DNA of 64,000 bases, taken from positions 1-64,000 of IMG/VR virus record IMGVR_UViG_3300037308_000134; one strand, 5' to 3'. This document shows positions 51,383 through 60,050 of the stretch, one piece after another. Within the stretch, counting starts at the first letter, position 1. Every line of letters begins with the position of its first letter. This DNA is from a virus. Below the pieces are notes generated by a model. The model made no database searches. It was not told where the DNA came from and saw only the letters and a list, made by a program, of their open reading frames with translations. Both the position numbers and the translations under genes were made by a program.

Positions 51383-52573
51383 ATGACAAAGGTTAAAACA
51401 ACCTTTAAATATGGCGGTGTAGAGTTGGATATTCTTAACCAAACCACTCCATATGTCCCTACGTTCACCAGTCCCATCTCATTGACGAAAGACTTTGAGA
51501 AGGCGTTGGCGATTGCTGTCAAAAACAATCTCCCAGCGTTACTGATGGGTGAAACAGGCACTGGTAAAACAAGTGCTGTCCGTGAAATAGCATATATGCG
51601 AAAGCAGGGCTATACACGCATCAACATGACGGGATATGTAACTCCAGATGAATTGATAGGCTCTAAGTCTGTCAAAAATGGTGCTACATATTACGAAGAT
51701 GGCATCTTGACCAAAGCCATGAAAGAGGGTCATATTGTAGTGCTTGACGAGATAAACGCCACTCCACCTGATTGTTTGTTCATCCTTCATGGTTTGATGG
51801 ATGATGACCATCGGGTAGCACTGCCAAACGGCGACTTAATCTTCCCACATCCAGATTTCAGAGTGTTTGCCACTATGAATCCTGATTATGAGGGAACACG
51901 CGGTCTCAACAGGGCTTTCTTAGATAGGTTCAGTATTATTCTGAACTTTAGTCTGCCAACTCCCAAAAAGGAGCAAGAAATTCTTGTTGCGAAGTCGGGC
52001 ATAACTGCTGATATAGCCGAAAAGATGGTTACATTAGCACATGCAGCCAGGCAATCATATGCCGAACAAAAGACGCTGACATTTATTTCTATCAGGTCGT
52101 TGCTTCAATGGGCAAATCTATTTGTCAATGGAGGTATGCCAATGAAAGAGGCATATATAACTTCCATAGCCAATAAAGCAAGAACTGAAGAACGCCCAGC
52201 GTTTGTTGACATGTATTCAGCCGTCTTCAAAGATAAACCAGAAGATGAGGCTGACGCATTGGTGCTGACTTCACGCAGACAGCTTGACGACTACGAACAG
52301 CAAGTTAGAACCTTGCAGGATCGTTGCCAATTGCTGGAAAGAACAGCAAAAGATAAGGAGAGTGAAAACTCTTCCCTTAAATCCGAGCTGGAAACGAAAG
52401 ATAAGTTAGCCAAGAAAATGGAAAAGGAGACGCTCAAACTCAGCGAAACCGTTGCAAAGATACAAAAAGCAATCGGGTTCAAGTTAGAGCCAATAGAAGC
52501 GGCTTCAGAAGCCACTACTGCTGGGTCAGACACGCCAGAGAAACAGGCGGATGCTCAAACCGAGCAAAAGTAG
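51383..52573 (+). CDS. AAA+ ATPase of the MoxR/CobS/dynein-related (AAA_5-like) type with a C-terminal coiled coil
   Basis: Walker A GETGTGKT, Walker B IVVLDEIN, FATMNP...GTRGLNRAFLDRF sensor region. SD AAAGGAGGTGAT. Confidence 0.8.
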   Translation: MTKVKTTFKYGGVELDILNQTTPYVPTFTSPISLTKDFEKALAIAVKNNLPALLMGETGTGKTSAVREIAYMRKQGYTRINMTGYVTPDELIGSKSVKNGATYYEDGILTKAMKEGHIVVLDEINATPPDCLFILHGLMDDDHRVALPNGDLIFPHPDFRVFATMNPDYEGTRGLNRAFLDRFSIILNFSLPTPKKEQEILVAKSGITADIAEKMVTLAHAARQSYAEQKTLTFISIRSLLQWANLFVNGGMPMKEAYITSIANKARTEERPAFVDMYSAVFKDKPEDEADALVLTSRRQLDDYEQQVRTLQDRCQLLERTAKDKESENSSLKSELETKDKLAKKMEKETLKLSETVAKIQKAIGFKLEPIEAASEATTAGSDTPEKQADAQTEQK

Positions 52574-52584
52574 TGTTGAAACAG

Positions 52585-52618
52585 ACAGGGTAATCCCTTT
52601 TGAGATTGCCCTGTTTTT
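52585..52618 (+). terminator. Terminator-like hairpin (11 bp with one plus-only G-U, then T5) between the AAA+ and VWA genes
   Basis: ACAGGGTAATC-CCTTTTGA-GATTGCCCTGT-TTTT. Confidence 0.6.
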
Positions 52619-52643
52619 CCAGCACTATCTGAAGGAGGAAACT

Positions 52644-54290
52644 ATGCAAGCAACAGAGGAATATATTCATGTCCTGACTTCTGCTTTATCCCAGGAAACT
52701 GGTGTAAAAATCAAACCAGGCAAATCGTGGATGGCAAATGTAAAGGATAAAGTGCTAATATATCCGCAAGACGACCTAAGATGTTTACCGTTTTATGCTG
52801 TCAGAGGATTACTTCTGCATGAACTATCCCACATTTTGTATTCCACAGATACGCCTAAACCATTAGACGCTATCAAAGAATATGGCGAAAAGATAATCTT
52901 TCATGCTTTTGACATGTTAGAGGACCAACGCTGTGAATCCTTGATTATGAAGCGATATGGCGGGTTTGCTATGAAAGCAATCTCGGATATGAATTATTAT
53001 GGTGTTGCCCGTATGATTGATAAATGTCATGGCGACTTTACCCAATATCCCAAGTATGAACAATACATGAGGATATCCCATCTATTATGTCTTTCGGACA
53101 GACACAATGAAATCAACGAACTCGTTGGATACCGTTGTAATCACTTTCTGGAAGAGCCTAATCAGTATAATATGATGGACTTGTATTGGGTTGATCCTAA
53201 AGTCCGTAAACATTTCAAGAAAACGATTGAACAGGTGGAAAAAATTTCATGGAAGGTAACAAATGCTAAAACCACGAAAGAGGTGTTAGATATTACCGTC
53301 AATGAATATCTGCCATTGTTGAAGCCGTTGATTGATAAAGACGACAAACAGGATCAAGACCAAAAACAAAACCAACAAGGTAAAAGTAAGTCAGACAATC
53401 AAAAGGGTCAGCAAAAGCAACAACCACCACAAAATAGTCAAAATGACCAAGGTGGTAATGATGGACAATCAGGCTCAATGCCTATCAGCATTAGCGACCA
53501 ACTCAAAAAAGACCTCAATGCCGAAGTTATTCTCGGCAAAGATGGTAATAATGGGAAGAAAACTCTTGCTGGTACGGCGCTTGCTCAACTGAAAAAGCGT
53601 CAACCACGCTTATCAGAGGCTGAAGCCGCTGCACTTTTGCGACCCTATATCACAACACTGGCAACACGATTGCGGTATATTCTGCAAGAAAAGGCTGCCA
53701 CTCGGTTTCGTGGTCTATACAAGCAGGGAAAACTGCTTGGTAAAAATACATACCGAGTATTGCTGCCAAATGAAGACAGGATATTTTCTCAAAAGTCTAC
53801 ACCCGACACTCCAAAACATGCCGTGTATATGGCTATAGATTGTAGTGGTTCAATGGATGGAGATAGAGAAACTTTTGCCTTTACTGGTGGTGTATTACTC
53901 AAACATGTATCAAAGGAACTCGGTTTTACTGTCCATATGTACGAATTTGATGGCGGTTGCAGAGAACTATATAGATTAGATGACTATTATGAAAAAGGTG
54001 GTGGAACTGCTGATGAAGCAGCCTTTGAGCAGATATACAAAGACGCAAGCCCATCTGAAGATAACTTGGTTTTTATCGTAACAGATGGCGAAACCAGAGA
54101 TAACAATAGAGGCAGAATAATGCGTAAGCTGGAAAAGGAGCGTAATGCTCAAATTTTTGGCATAGGCATTGGAAACGGAATTAGTTTTGAAACGGTGAAA
54201 CAAAACTATCCACGAGCCTTGAAAGTCAACGAACCAAAAGAACTCCCATCAGCTCTTATAAATCTGATGCGGAATATTATTCACCGATAA
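52644..54290 (+). CDS. Multidomain protein: HExxH metallopeptidase-like N-domain, Gln/Asn/Lys-rich linker and C-terminal von Willebrand A domain
   Basis: LLLHELSHILY; linker DKQDQDQKQNQQGKSKSDNQKGQQKQQPPQNSQ; MIDAS motif AIDCSGSMDGD. Start trimmed to MQATEE after SD GAAGGAGGA. Confidence 0.75.
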   Translation: MQATEEYIHVLTSALSQETGVKIKPGKSWMANVKDKVLIYPQDDLRCLPFYAVRGLLLHELSHILYSTDTPKPLDAIKEYGEKIIFHAFDMLEDQRCESLIMKRYGGFAMKAISDMNYYGVARMIDKCHGDFTQYPKYEQYMRISHLLCLSDRHNEINELVGYRCNHFLEEPNQYNMMDLYWVDPKVRKHFKKTIEQVEKISWKVTNAKTTKEVLDITVNEYLPLLKPLIDKDDKQDQDQKQNQQGKSKSDNQKGQQKQQPPQNSQNDQGGNDGQSGSMPISISDQLKKDLNAEVILGKDGNNGKKTLAGTALAQLKKRQPRLSEAEAAALLRPYITTLATRLRYILQEKAATRFRGLYKQGKLLGKNTYRVLLPNEDRIFSQKSTPDTPKHAVYMAIDCSGSMDGDRETFAFTGGVLLKHVSKELGFTVHMYEFDGGCRELYRLDDYYEKGGGTADEAAFEQIYKDASPSEDNLVFIVTDGETRDNNRGRIMRKLEKERNAQIFGIGIGNGISFETVKQNYPRALKVNEPKELPSALINLMRNIIHR

Positions 54291-54361
54291 ATATTGACTT
54301 TGCCCATACATTTGTGCTGGTGGGCAAAGATGAGTATTTATACTCAAAAGGAGGTGATGTT

Positions 54362-54577
54362 ATGACAGAGATATACGGAATATCACACTCCGTAAAAACG
54401 ACAACCATCAAACAAGAGTGCCTTTACTGCAAAAAAGAAATTGCTAAAGGCAATATTCGTGTAAAAATGGTTGGCGGTGCGTATTTCAATCATCCTACAT
54501 ATGATTACTACCATAAAGAGTGTTTCATAAAAGGGATGACAGAATTTTTAGCCGCTCTCAAAGTGGCTTACAAATAA
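54362..54577 (+). CDS. Small Cys/His protein
   Basis: Start trimmed to MTEIYG after SD AAAGGAGGTGAT. Confidence 0.65.
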   Translation: MTEIYGISHSVKTTTIKQECLYCKKEIAKGNIRVKMVGGAYFNHPTYDYYHKECFIKGMTEFLAALKVAYK

Positions 54578-54590
54578 GGAGGTGATAAAT

Positions 54591-55070
54591 ATGCCGAACT
54601 GGTGTTTCAACACCCTGAAAGTTAGGGGTAAAAAACATGCGGTAGATAATTTCAAAATCGCTGCAAAGGATGACACTATAAATCCTGCAACCGACTTGTC
54701 TTTGGCAAAGCTTTACCCTGAACCAGATTATAAAAAGGTGAAGGTGAAAGCAACTTTTCCAGGTATAACAAAACGGAAATATGCCAGAAAAGGCGAAGAG
54801 TGGTGGGATTGGCGTGTACAACATTGGGGAACAAAATGGGAGATAGAAGCAAGCATTGGGCAAGAAAAAGAATATAAAAACGGTTCAAAACTGCTGATAT
54901 ATTCTTTTGATAGTGCTTGGTCTCCCCCTATTGAGTGGTTGAATAAAATATCTGCCGATTATCCAGAATTGAAGTTTGAGTTGTATTACGAAGAAGAAGG
55001 TGTGGGATTCAAAGGAAAAACTACCGCTATTGGGGGTAGGGTTGATGATAATTGTCGCCAACTCTACTAG
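54591..55070 (+). CDS. Hypothetical protein, possibly DUF1281/Api92-like ferredoxin-like fold
   Basis: N-terminus MPNWCFNTLKVRG and WGTKWE...FDSAWSPP match my recollection of that family. SD AAGGAGGTGAT. Confidence 0.45.
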   Translation: MPNWCFNTLKVRGKKHAVDNFKIAAKDDTINPATDLSLAKLYPEPDYKKVKVKATFPGITKRKYARKGEEWWDWRVQHWGTKWEIEASIGQEKEYKNGSKLLIYSFDSAWSPPIEWLNKISADYPELKFELYYEEEGVGFKGKTTAIGGRVDDNCRQLY

Positions 55071-55145
55071 GGCTATGAGAGCCTATCAATGCTATATGCC
55101 TCTTGATAGGCACAAAGTCAACTATTTTACGAAAGGAGGTGAAAT

Positions 55146-55709
55146 ATGGCTGATAATGATAATTACATATTATCAAAAGAAGAAGCCGAGATTTTATTCG
55201 CAGATGTAAAGGTTCTCTTGAACATTGAAGATTTAGAGGGCTTAAAAATAGAAAAAATCATACACCAGCGAATAGAAACTGAGGGCGATGAAGATAGTGT
55301 CAGCGCCTGTCAAATTATCGTGCTTCGTGCTACCAATAAGAATAATAAAACATCTACCTATGTTTATTGTGATGATGTTTCATCTTGGGGTGGCTATGAA
55401 CTATGCGAGGGGTCGGCAATCAAATTGCGTTCAGTTGGAACATCGGCTCATCAAAAATATGAAGTCTATTGGGATGTCAAGAAGCATGACCCAACAGCCT
55501 TATATTTTTATAATTCCTTAAACTTGGCTGCTGTAAAAAAAGCTGCCGAATGGGGAATAGTGCGCTATGGCATTATATCAATTGCCGAAAACTATCTCAA
55601 CAAAATAAAGGAGATGGAAGAAAAAGTAAAAGTAAAGAGGCTACAAGAGCAGATAGTTTCTGCCCAAAAAGAACTTGATGAACTAAAGAAAATGGAGAAG
55701 GTCAAATAA
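55146..55709 (+). CDS. Hypothetical protein with C-terminal coiled coil
   Basis: SD AAAGGAGGTGA. 187 aa. Confidence 0.7.
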   Translation: MADNDNYILSKEEAEILFADVKVLLNIEDLEGLKIEKIIHQRIETEGDEDSVSACQIIVLRATNKNNKTSTYVYCDDVSSWGGYELCEGSAIKLRSVGTSAHQKYEVYWDVKKHDPTALYFYNSLNLAAVKKAAEWGIVRYGIISIAENYLNKIKEMEEKVKVKRLQEQIVSAQKELDELKKMEKVK

Positions 55710-55821
55710 GCGTCTGTATTGACTTGTGAAGCATGAAAAGTGTTCATCCTGAATACTATATCGTTGAAAAATGAAATAGTATTCGGGAGTGAGCATTTTT
55801 GCTCAGAAAGGAGGTGATTTT

Positions 55822-56640
55822 ATGTCGCACTTTTTAGTAGGCGTAATACTACCGAAAGGTAGTAAAGATGACAGTGAGGTTGAAGAACTGTTAGAGCCTT
55901 ATAGTGAGTCATTTGAAGTTGATCCTTATCAAGAAAAGTGCTGGTGTGTCGGTAGAGAAGCAGAAAGACAAGCCGAAGTTGACACAGAAATACAACTCGG
56001 TTCGTTTGATGCTATCAGGGAAAAATACAATAAACTACCAGAAAACATCAGACCAGAATGGGGAGACTGGACAAAGCCTTTTATGTCTTTGCGTAAAGCC
56101 ATACTGGAAAACCATCCCTTAAAAAACGCTGCCGATCCTTCATGTGAAGATTGCAAAGGCAGTGGAACACGAACAGTTACATACAATCCTGACTCAAAAT
56201 GGGATTGGTGGGAAGTTGGTGGAAGATGGACAGGAGCTTTTGGTGATTATGACCCTTATAAAGATAATGACAACTATGAACCATGTAATATGTGTAAAGG
56301 CACTGGAAAAAGAAACGACAAACTTGGGAAAGAAGCAAGAGCCAAAGACCCAAAATACACATGTAACGGTTGTAATGGAACAGGGAAATCTCTGAAGTTT
56401 CGCCTAAAAAATAAAGACAATATTGTAACCGTTGATTCTTTAATGAAGCGTGCCGATATTGACAAGCGAATTCCATTTGCCGTTGTAACTCCAGATGGAA
56501 AATGGCATGAAAAAGGGGAAATGGGATGGTTTGGCATAGCACACAATGAAAAAGATGAAAACGCTTGGGTAAAACAAATAAAGAAACTTATAGGCAAATA
56601 TAAAGGTCATTATATAGTAGCAGTTGATTGCCATATATAG
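55822..56640 (+). CDS. Hypothetical protein with three DnaJ-type CxxCxGxG zinc knuckles
   Basis: Start trimmed to MSHFLVG after SD AAAGGAGGTGAT. CEDCKGSG, CNMCKGTG, CNGCNGTG; WDWWEVGGRW motif. Confidence 0.7.
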   Translation: MSHFLVGVILPKGSKDDSEVEELLEPYSESFEVDPYQEKCWCVGREAERQAEVDTEIQLGSFDAIREKYNKLPENIRPEWGDWTKPFMSLRKAILENHPLKNAADPSCEDCKGSGTRTVTYNPDSKWDWWEVGGRWTGAFGDYDPYKDNDNYEPCNMCKGTGKRNDKLGKEARAKDPKYTCNGCNGTGKSLKFRLKNKDNIVTVDSLMKRADIDKRIPFAVVTPDGKWHEKGEMGWFGIAHNEKDENAWVKQIKKLIGKYKGHYIVAVDCHI

Positions 56641-56713
56641 TTGTCAATTTACACTGCCCAGCATTTGCTGGGTGGTGATAAGCTGACAAACAGCTTGAAA
56701 GGAGGTGATAAAA

Positions 56714-57163
56714 ATGAAATCCAAGTGGGTTTATATTGGCAGTTGTGGCGTAGATAGCGGTCAGTTAATGATAACCGATCCATGCTACGTCAAGGACTTT
56801 GTCAATAACAACATGCAGGATAAACGAGTTTTCACTGTAACTGCTACGGGTAAGAGATATAAACTATGGCAGAACTTCAAAAACTTTGAAGAGGTAATTC
56901 ACGATGGGAAAACAATGAACCAACTAATAGCAGAGGGAAAAGTCGTTGAAACTCTTGAACCAGGACTGGATAACACTTACTCATATAGCGGTGCTTGTGA
57001 CCAAACCCTTTATGACAAAAGGGGTGGTGGAACATTGTTCAATGGTATAGGTGCTGAAATGGGAGTAGCAGTTAGAACAGCCGATGGTGATGGATGCTAT
57101 CCTGTTTTTGTCAAACATGATACTGATGGGGCAGTAAAAGAAGTCCTCGTCAAGTTTAGATAA
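56714..57163 (+). CDS. Hypothetical protein (GDGCYPVF motif)
   Basis: Start trimmed to MKSKWVY after SD AAAGGAGGTGAT. Confidence 0.7.
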   Translation: MKSKWVYIGSCGVDSGQLMITDPCYVKDFVNNNMQDKRVFTVTATGKRYKLWQNFKNFEEVIHDGKTMNQLIAEGKVVETLEPGLDNTYSYSGACDQTLYDKRGGGTLFNGIGAEMGVAVRTADGDGCYPVFVKHDTDGAVKEVLVKFR

Positions 57164-57175
57164 GGAGGTGATTTT

Positions 57176-57412
57176 ATGACAAAAGCAGATAAAAAACTTC
57201 TGAATATAGTTGCCTTCTGTTGCTTGATGGAAAACACGGATGGCATTATGGGGAAATCCCCCGACTATATTTTAGAAAAATATCACCGCTATTGCGAAGG
57301 AACAGGGGAAGAATTCCGTTGGGGATTGCATCCTGTTCTTTATGAAGGTCTATTCAAAAAATGGGCTGAGCGATGGCGAAAAAAGATTGGGGGTGAAAAA
57401 AATGGGAGTTAA
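57176..57412 (+). CDS. Hypothetical protein
   Basis: SD AAGGAGGTGAT. 78 aa. Confidence 0.7.
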   Translation: MTKADKKLLNIVAFCCLMENTDGIMGKSPDYILEKYHRYCEGTGEEFRWGLHPVLYEGLFKKWAERWRKKIGGEKNGS

Positions 57413-57611
57413 AATCACGCTGCTAAACGGGCGAGATGTCCGTTGTGCAGATGAAGAATTGATATGGGATGACGAAGCAAAATCCCATACCATTACTAAA
57501 TCTATCAAGGATTCGGATGGTAAAGAATGGTCAACAATTATTGAAATTCCACACCATGCCGTAGCCACGATAGAACACTTTGAAAAAAAGGAGGTGAATC
57601 AAAATGGGTGA
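57402..57611 (+). CDS. Hypothetical protein (69 aa)
   Basis: Start trimmed to MGVKITLL after SD GGGGGTGA. Confidence 0.6.
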   Translation: MGVKITLLNGRDVRCADEELIWDDEAKSHTITKSIKDSDGKEWSTIIEIPHHAVATIEHFEKKEVNQNG

Positions 57612-57951
57612 TGACACATACGAAGCATTTAGCGGTCTAAAAAAAGCACAGGTGATGGACTTGTTGCGTCAATACGGCAATAATGAAAATATGGAAGATG
57701 CCCAAAACAACAGTCCTACATTTATGGAAATGGTAATGCTTGAACCGCTATTTGGTGATGAAATTGAATATGAGGGGTATGTCATTAAAAAGCCAAGAGA
57801 TGATTATCGGGTAAGTATAGATGGGTTTACTGTTAAGAATATATCAGCCGATGAGATACTGATGTTGATGAAACGGTGTCCAGCTGCTGATGAAGTTCAG
57901 TGGGATAAAAATCCAGATGATACTTACAATGCGAGATTTTGGTGGGATTGA
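57604..57951 (+). CDS. Hypothetical protein
   Basis: SD AAAGGAGGTGA. 115 aa. Confidence 0.7.
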   Translation: MGDDTYEAFSGLKKAQVMDLLRQYGNNENMEDAQNNSPTFMEMVMLEPLFGDEIEYEGYVIKKPRDDYRVSIDGFTVKNISADEILMLMKRCPAADEVQWDKNPDDTYNARFWWD

Positions 57952-58026
57952 ATTTGATTCTTATCTGCCTATCATATTTGGTAGGCAGAATTGAGTTAGA
58001 TTTCAATAAAAACAAAGGAGGTTTTT

Positions 58027-58410
58027 ATGATACTAAAAAACAATGGTCAGGTGGTAAAAATAGCCCAAAAGCTAATTACCGACTGGAATAAAGAACACGC
58101 TGTTGGCGTATATCTAACAGCAAATGGCGGACTAATACGTGCTGAAGTCTTAACGATGGGTACTCTAACTGTAAATCTGATTACCCCTAGAGAAGTATTC
58201 AAACCTGCGCTTGTAAACAATGCAGCATCCCTTGTGTTGTTGCATAATCATCCAAGCGGTAGTTTACTTCCATCTAAAGGGGATAAATCAACAACAAAAC
58301 AGTTATACGCTGCTGCGGATATTCTAATGATAACGTTGCAAGACCATCTCATCTTTGGATTTGGAAACTCGTATTATTCGTTTGCCGATAAAAAAATATA
58401 CACAATCTAA
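58027..58410 (+). CDS. radC: RadC-like JAB/MPN domain protein
   Basis: LVLLHNHPSGSLLPSKGD JAMM-type motif. SD AAAGGAGG. Confidence 0.85.
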   Translation: MILKNNGQVVKIAQKLITDWNKEHAVGVYLTANGGLIRAEVLTMGTLTVNLITPREVFKPALVNNAASLVLLHNHPSGSLLPSKGDKSTTKQLYAAADILMITLQDHLIFGFGNSYYSFADKKIYTI

Positions 58411-58422
58411 AGAGGGTTTATT

Positions 58423-58467
58423 CATGAGTTTAGGTAATCTTAAACTCATGTAGTAAGCCTTTTTTTA
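58423..58467 (+). terminator. 10-bp hairpin CATGAGTTTA/TAAACTCATG followed 10 nt later by T7
   Basis: Marks the right edge of the GC-richer gene run. The T-run is not adjacent to the stem, so terminator function is uncertain. Confidence 0.4.
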
Positions 58468-58489
58468 TTAACCGAGGGAATTAGCACTC

Positions 58490-58519
58490 TTGACAAGTGA
58501 TTGCTAACTATAATATAAT
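58490..58519 (+). promoter_or_regulatory. Sigma70-type promoter TTGACA-18-TATAAT
   Basis: TTGACA at 58490-58495 and TATAAT at 58514-58519, 20 nt before the ATG at 58540. Confidence 0.6.
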
Positions 58520-58539
58520 ATAAGCAACAATAATATAAT

Positions 58540-59442
58540 ATGAAAACACAAAGCAAACCGATAACACAAATAGAACCACAAGATACTCATAAAATATCTG
58601 TAGGCGTAACAGAAATAGATGAACTTCTGGCTGGTGGATTAACAAAAGGGCAAGTGATTATGCTCGCTGGTCAACCAGGCTGCGGTAAATCCACGTTAGT
58701 TACCCAAATCAGTAAAGCACTTTCAATCCAGGGTAATAAAGTTTTGTATGTTTCAGGTGAAGAAAGTCTGCCCCAAATCAGAAGCAGAGCCGATAGACTT
58801 AATGCTGTCAACGATAACATCATTTGTGCTGAAGCGGTTGGATTAGAACAAATTATACAAACTGCTAACTACTACAAACCCGTCTTCATGGTAGTGGACT
58901 CATTACAGATGATACACTCTGCCATGCTAAAACAAGCACCATCCTCGCCTACTCAAATGCGTTTCTGTTTGGATAAACTTATAGACTATGCTAAAACAAA
59001 CGGGATCATAATGCTTGTGATTGGTCACTCAACAAAAACTGGCATAATCGCTGGTCTACTGGCATTACAACACATGGTAGACACGGTGTTGTTCATGACA
59101 ACTGATATAACCAATGTCAGAAAACTACAGGTATATAAGAATAGATACGGAGAAGCAAATGTGGCAACAGAATTGACGATGGACACCAGCGGATTTCGTG
59201 AGTTCAATCATATTAAACCAACAACGATACCGATATCAATACCAGCGGCTCAATATATCAACCAAAATCTACAAGCTGCGGGAAAACAAATAAACATATA
59301 TAAAATGGTATATGACATAACCAGTGCGGTTTTGATTGCAACATTAGGGGTTACTTATGGAGTAGCCGTCTATTTATTGCGTGTAGGGGTAGCTTTGCCT
59401 GGTATTATATTTGCAAAGCCAAGTAGGGGTAGAAAAAGATAG
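58540..59442 (+). CDS. RadA/Sms-like RecA-superfamily ATPase with a hydrophobic C-terminus (no Lon domain)
   Basis: GVTEIDELLAGGLTKGQVIMLAGQPGCGKSTLVTQ...VLYVSGEESLPQIRSRADRL. Confidence 0.75.
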   Translation: MKTQSKPITQIEPQDTHKISVGVTEIDELLAGGLTKGQVIMLAGQPGCGKSTLVTQISKALSIQGNKVLYVSGEESLPQIRSRADRLNAVNDNIICAEAVGLEQIIQTANYYKPVFMVVDSLQMIHSAMLKQAPSSPTQMRFCLDKLIDYAKTNGIIMLVIGHSTKTGIIAGLLALQHMVDTVLFMTTDITNVRKLQVYKNRYGEANVATELTMDTSGFREFNHIKPTTIPISIPAAQYINQNLQAAGKQINIYKMVYDITSAVLIATLGVTYGVAVYLLRVGVALPGIIFAKPSRGRKR

Positions 59443-59463
59443 TCTTGAAAATAAGGGGAAAAT

Positions 59464-59625
59464 ATGATACAATATATACAAGAAACGACAGATATGAACA
59501 CCGAAGAGGTAGAATATTGTCCAGAGTGCGGTACACCACTTATTGTAAAGATTGAACAACGTGATGGTGGGTATACTGAAATAGTGGCATACTGCGAAGG
59601 GTGCGGATATACCGAGACATCTTAA
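59464..59625 (+). CDS. Zinc-ribbon protein (53 aa)
   Basis: Hand-translated ...EYCPECGTPLIVKIEQRDGGYTEIVAYCEGCGYTETS. SD AAGGGGA. Confidence 0.55.
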   Translation: MIQYIQETTDMNTEEVEYCPECGTPLIVKIEQRDGGYTEIVAYCEGCGYTETS

Positions 59626-59824
59626 ATCGGTTTTTATTTTTTTTATTGTGTGTGCCGATAGTTCTTTAAAATAACAATGCTAAGGCGTAAGTATTTCCCA
59701 TGTGTGCATATGTCAAGCACAGTGAAGCACGCTTCACGTTGTATGTTTGAGGGATTGGGCAGTGAACGAAAGTGGAGCTTCCCAATGCCTCAAGCATATA
59801 TAACAGAACGGGGGGTGATTAAGT

Positions 59825-60037
59825 ATGCGTAGCAAAATGTTCATGAGACCAAAGCATGGGTTATCAATGAAAATATTACGACTTATGCTAGGGGAAGAAC
59901 AATTAAAAATATTTGTAGATCATTACATGAAAACAAAACAGCGGATGATCTTAAATGAATTAGTAGAAAAAATTACAGGAAAGGAGGGGAAACAATTTTT
60001 AAAAACAGAGCCAATTTTAAAGATTAGGCTTAAATAG
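59825..60037 (+). CDS. Hypothetical protein
   Basis: SD GGGGGGTGAT. 70 aa. Confidence 0.6.
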   Translation: MRSKMFMRPKHGLSMKILRLMLGEEQLKIFVDHYMKTKQRMILNELVEKITGKEGKQFLKTEPILKIRLK

Positions 60038-60050
60038 TTTCTTTCACGCT

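Noticed and set aside
46701-57568. Minus-strand and nested ORFs in the rightward arm (46701..46883, 47501..47743, 48384..49113, 49429..49611, 51277..51811, 52291..52533, 53162..53347, 53332..53592, 53976..54203, 54558..54888, 54976..55209, 55288..55521, 55904..56634, 57350..57568)
   Set aside because: They overlap better-supported plus-strand genes that carry consensus SD sites, and none has its own SD.
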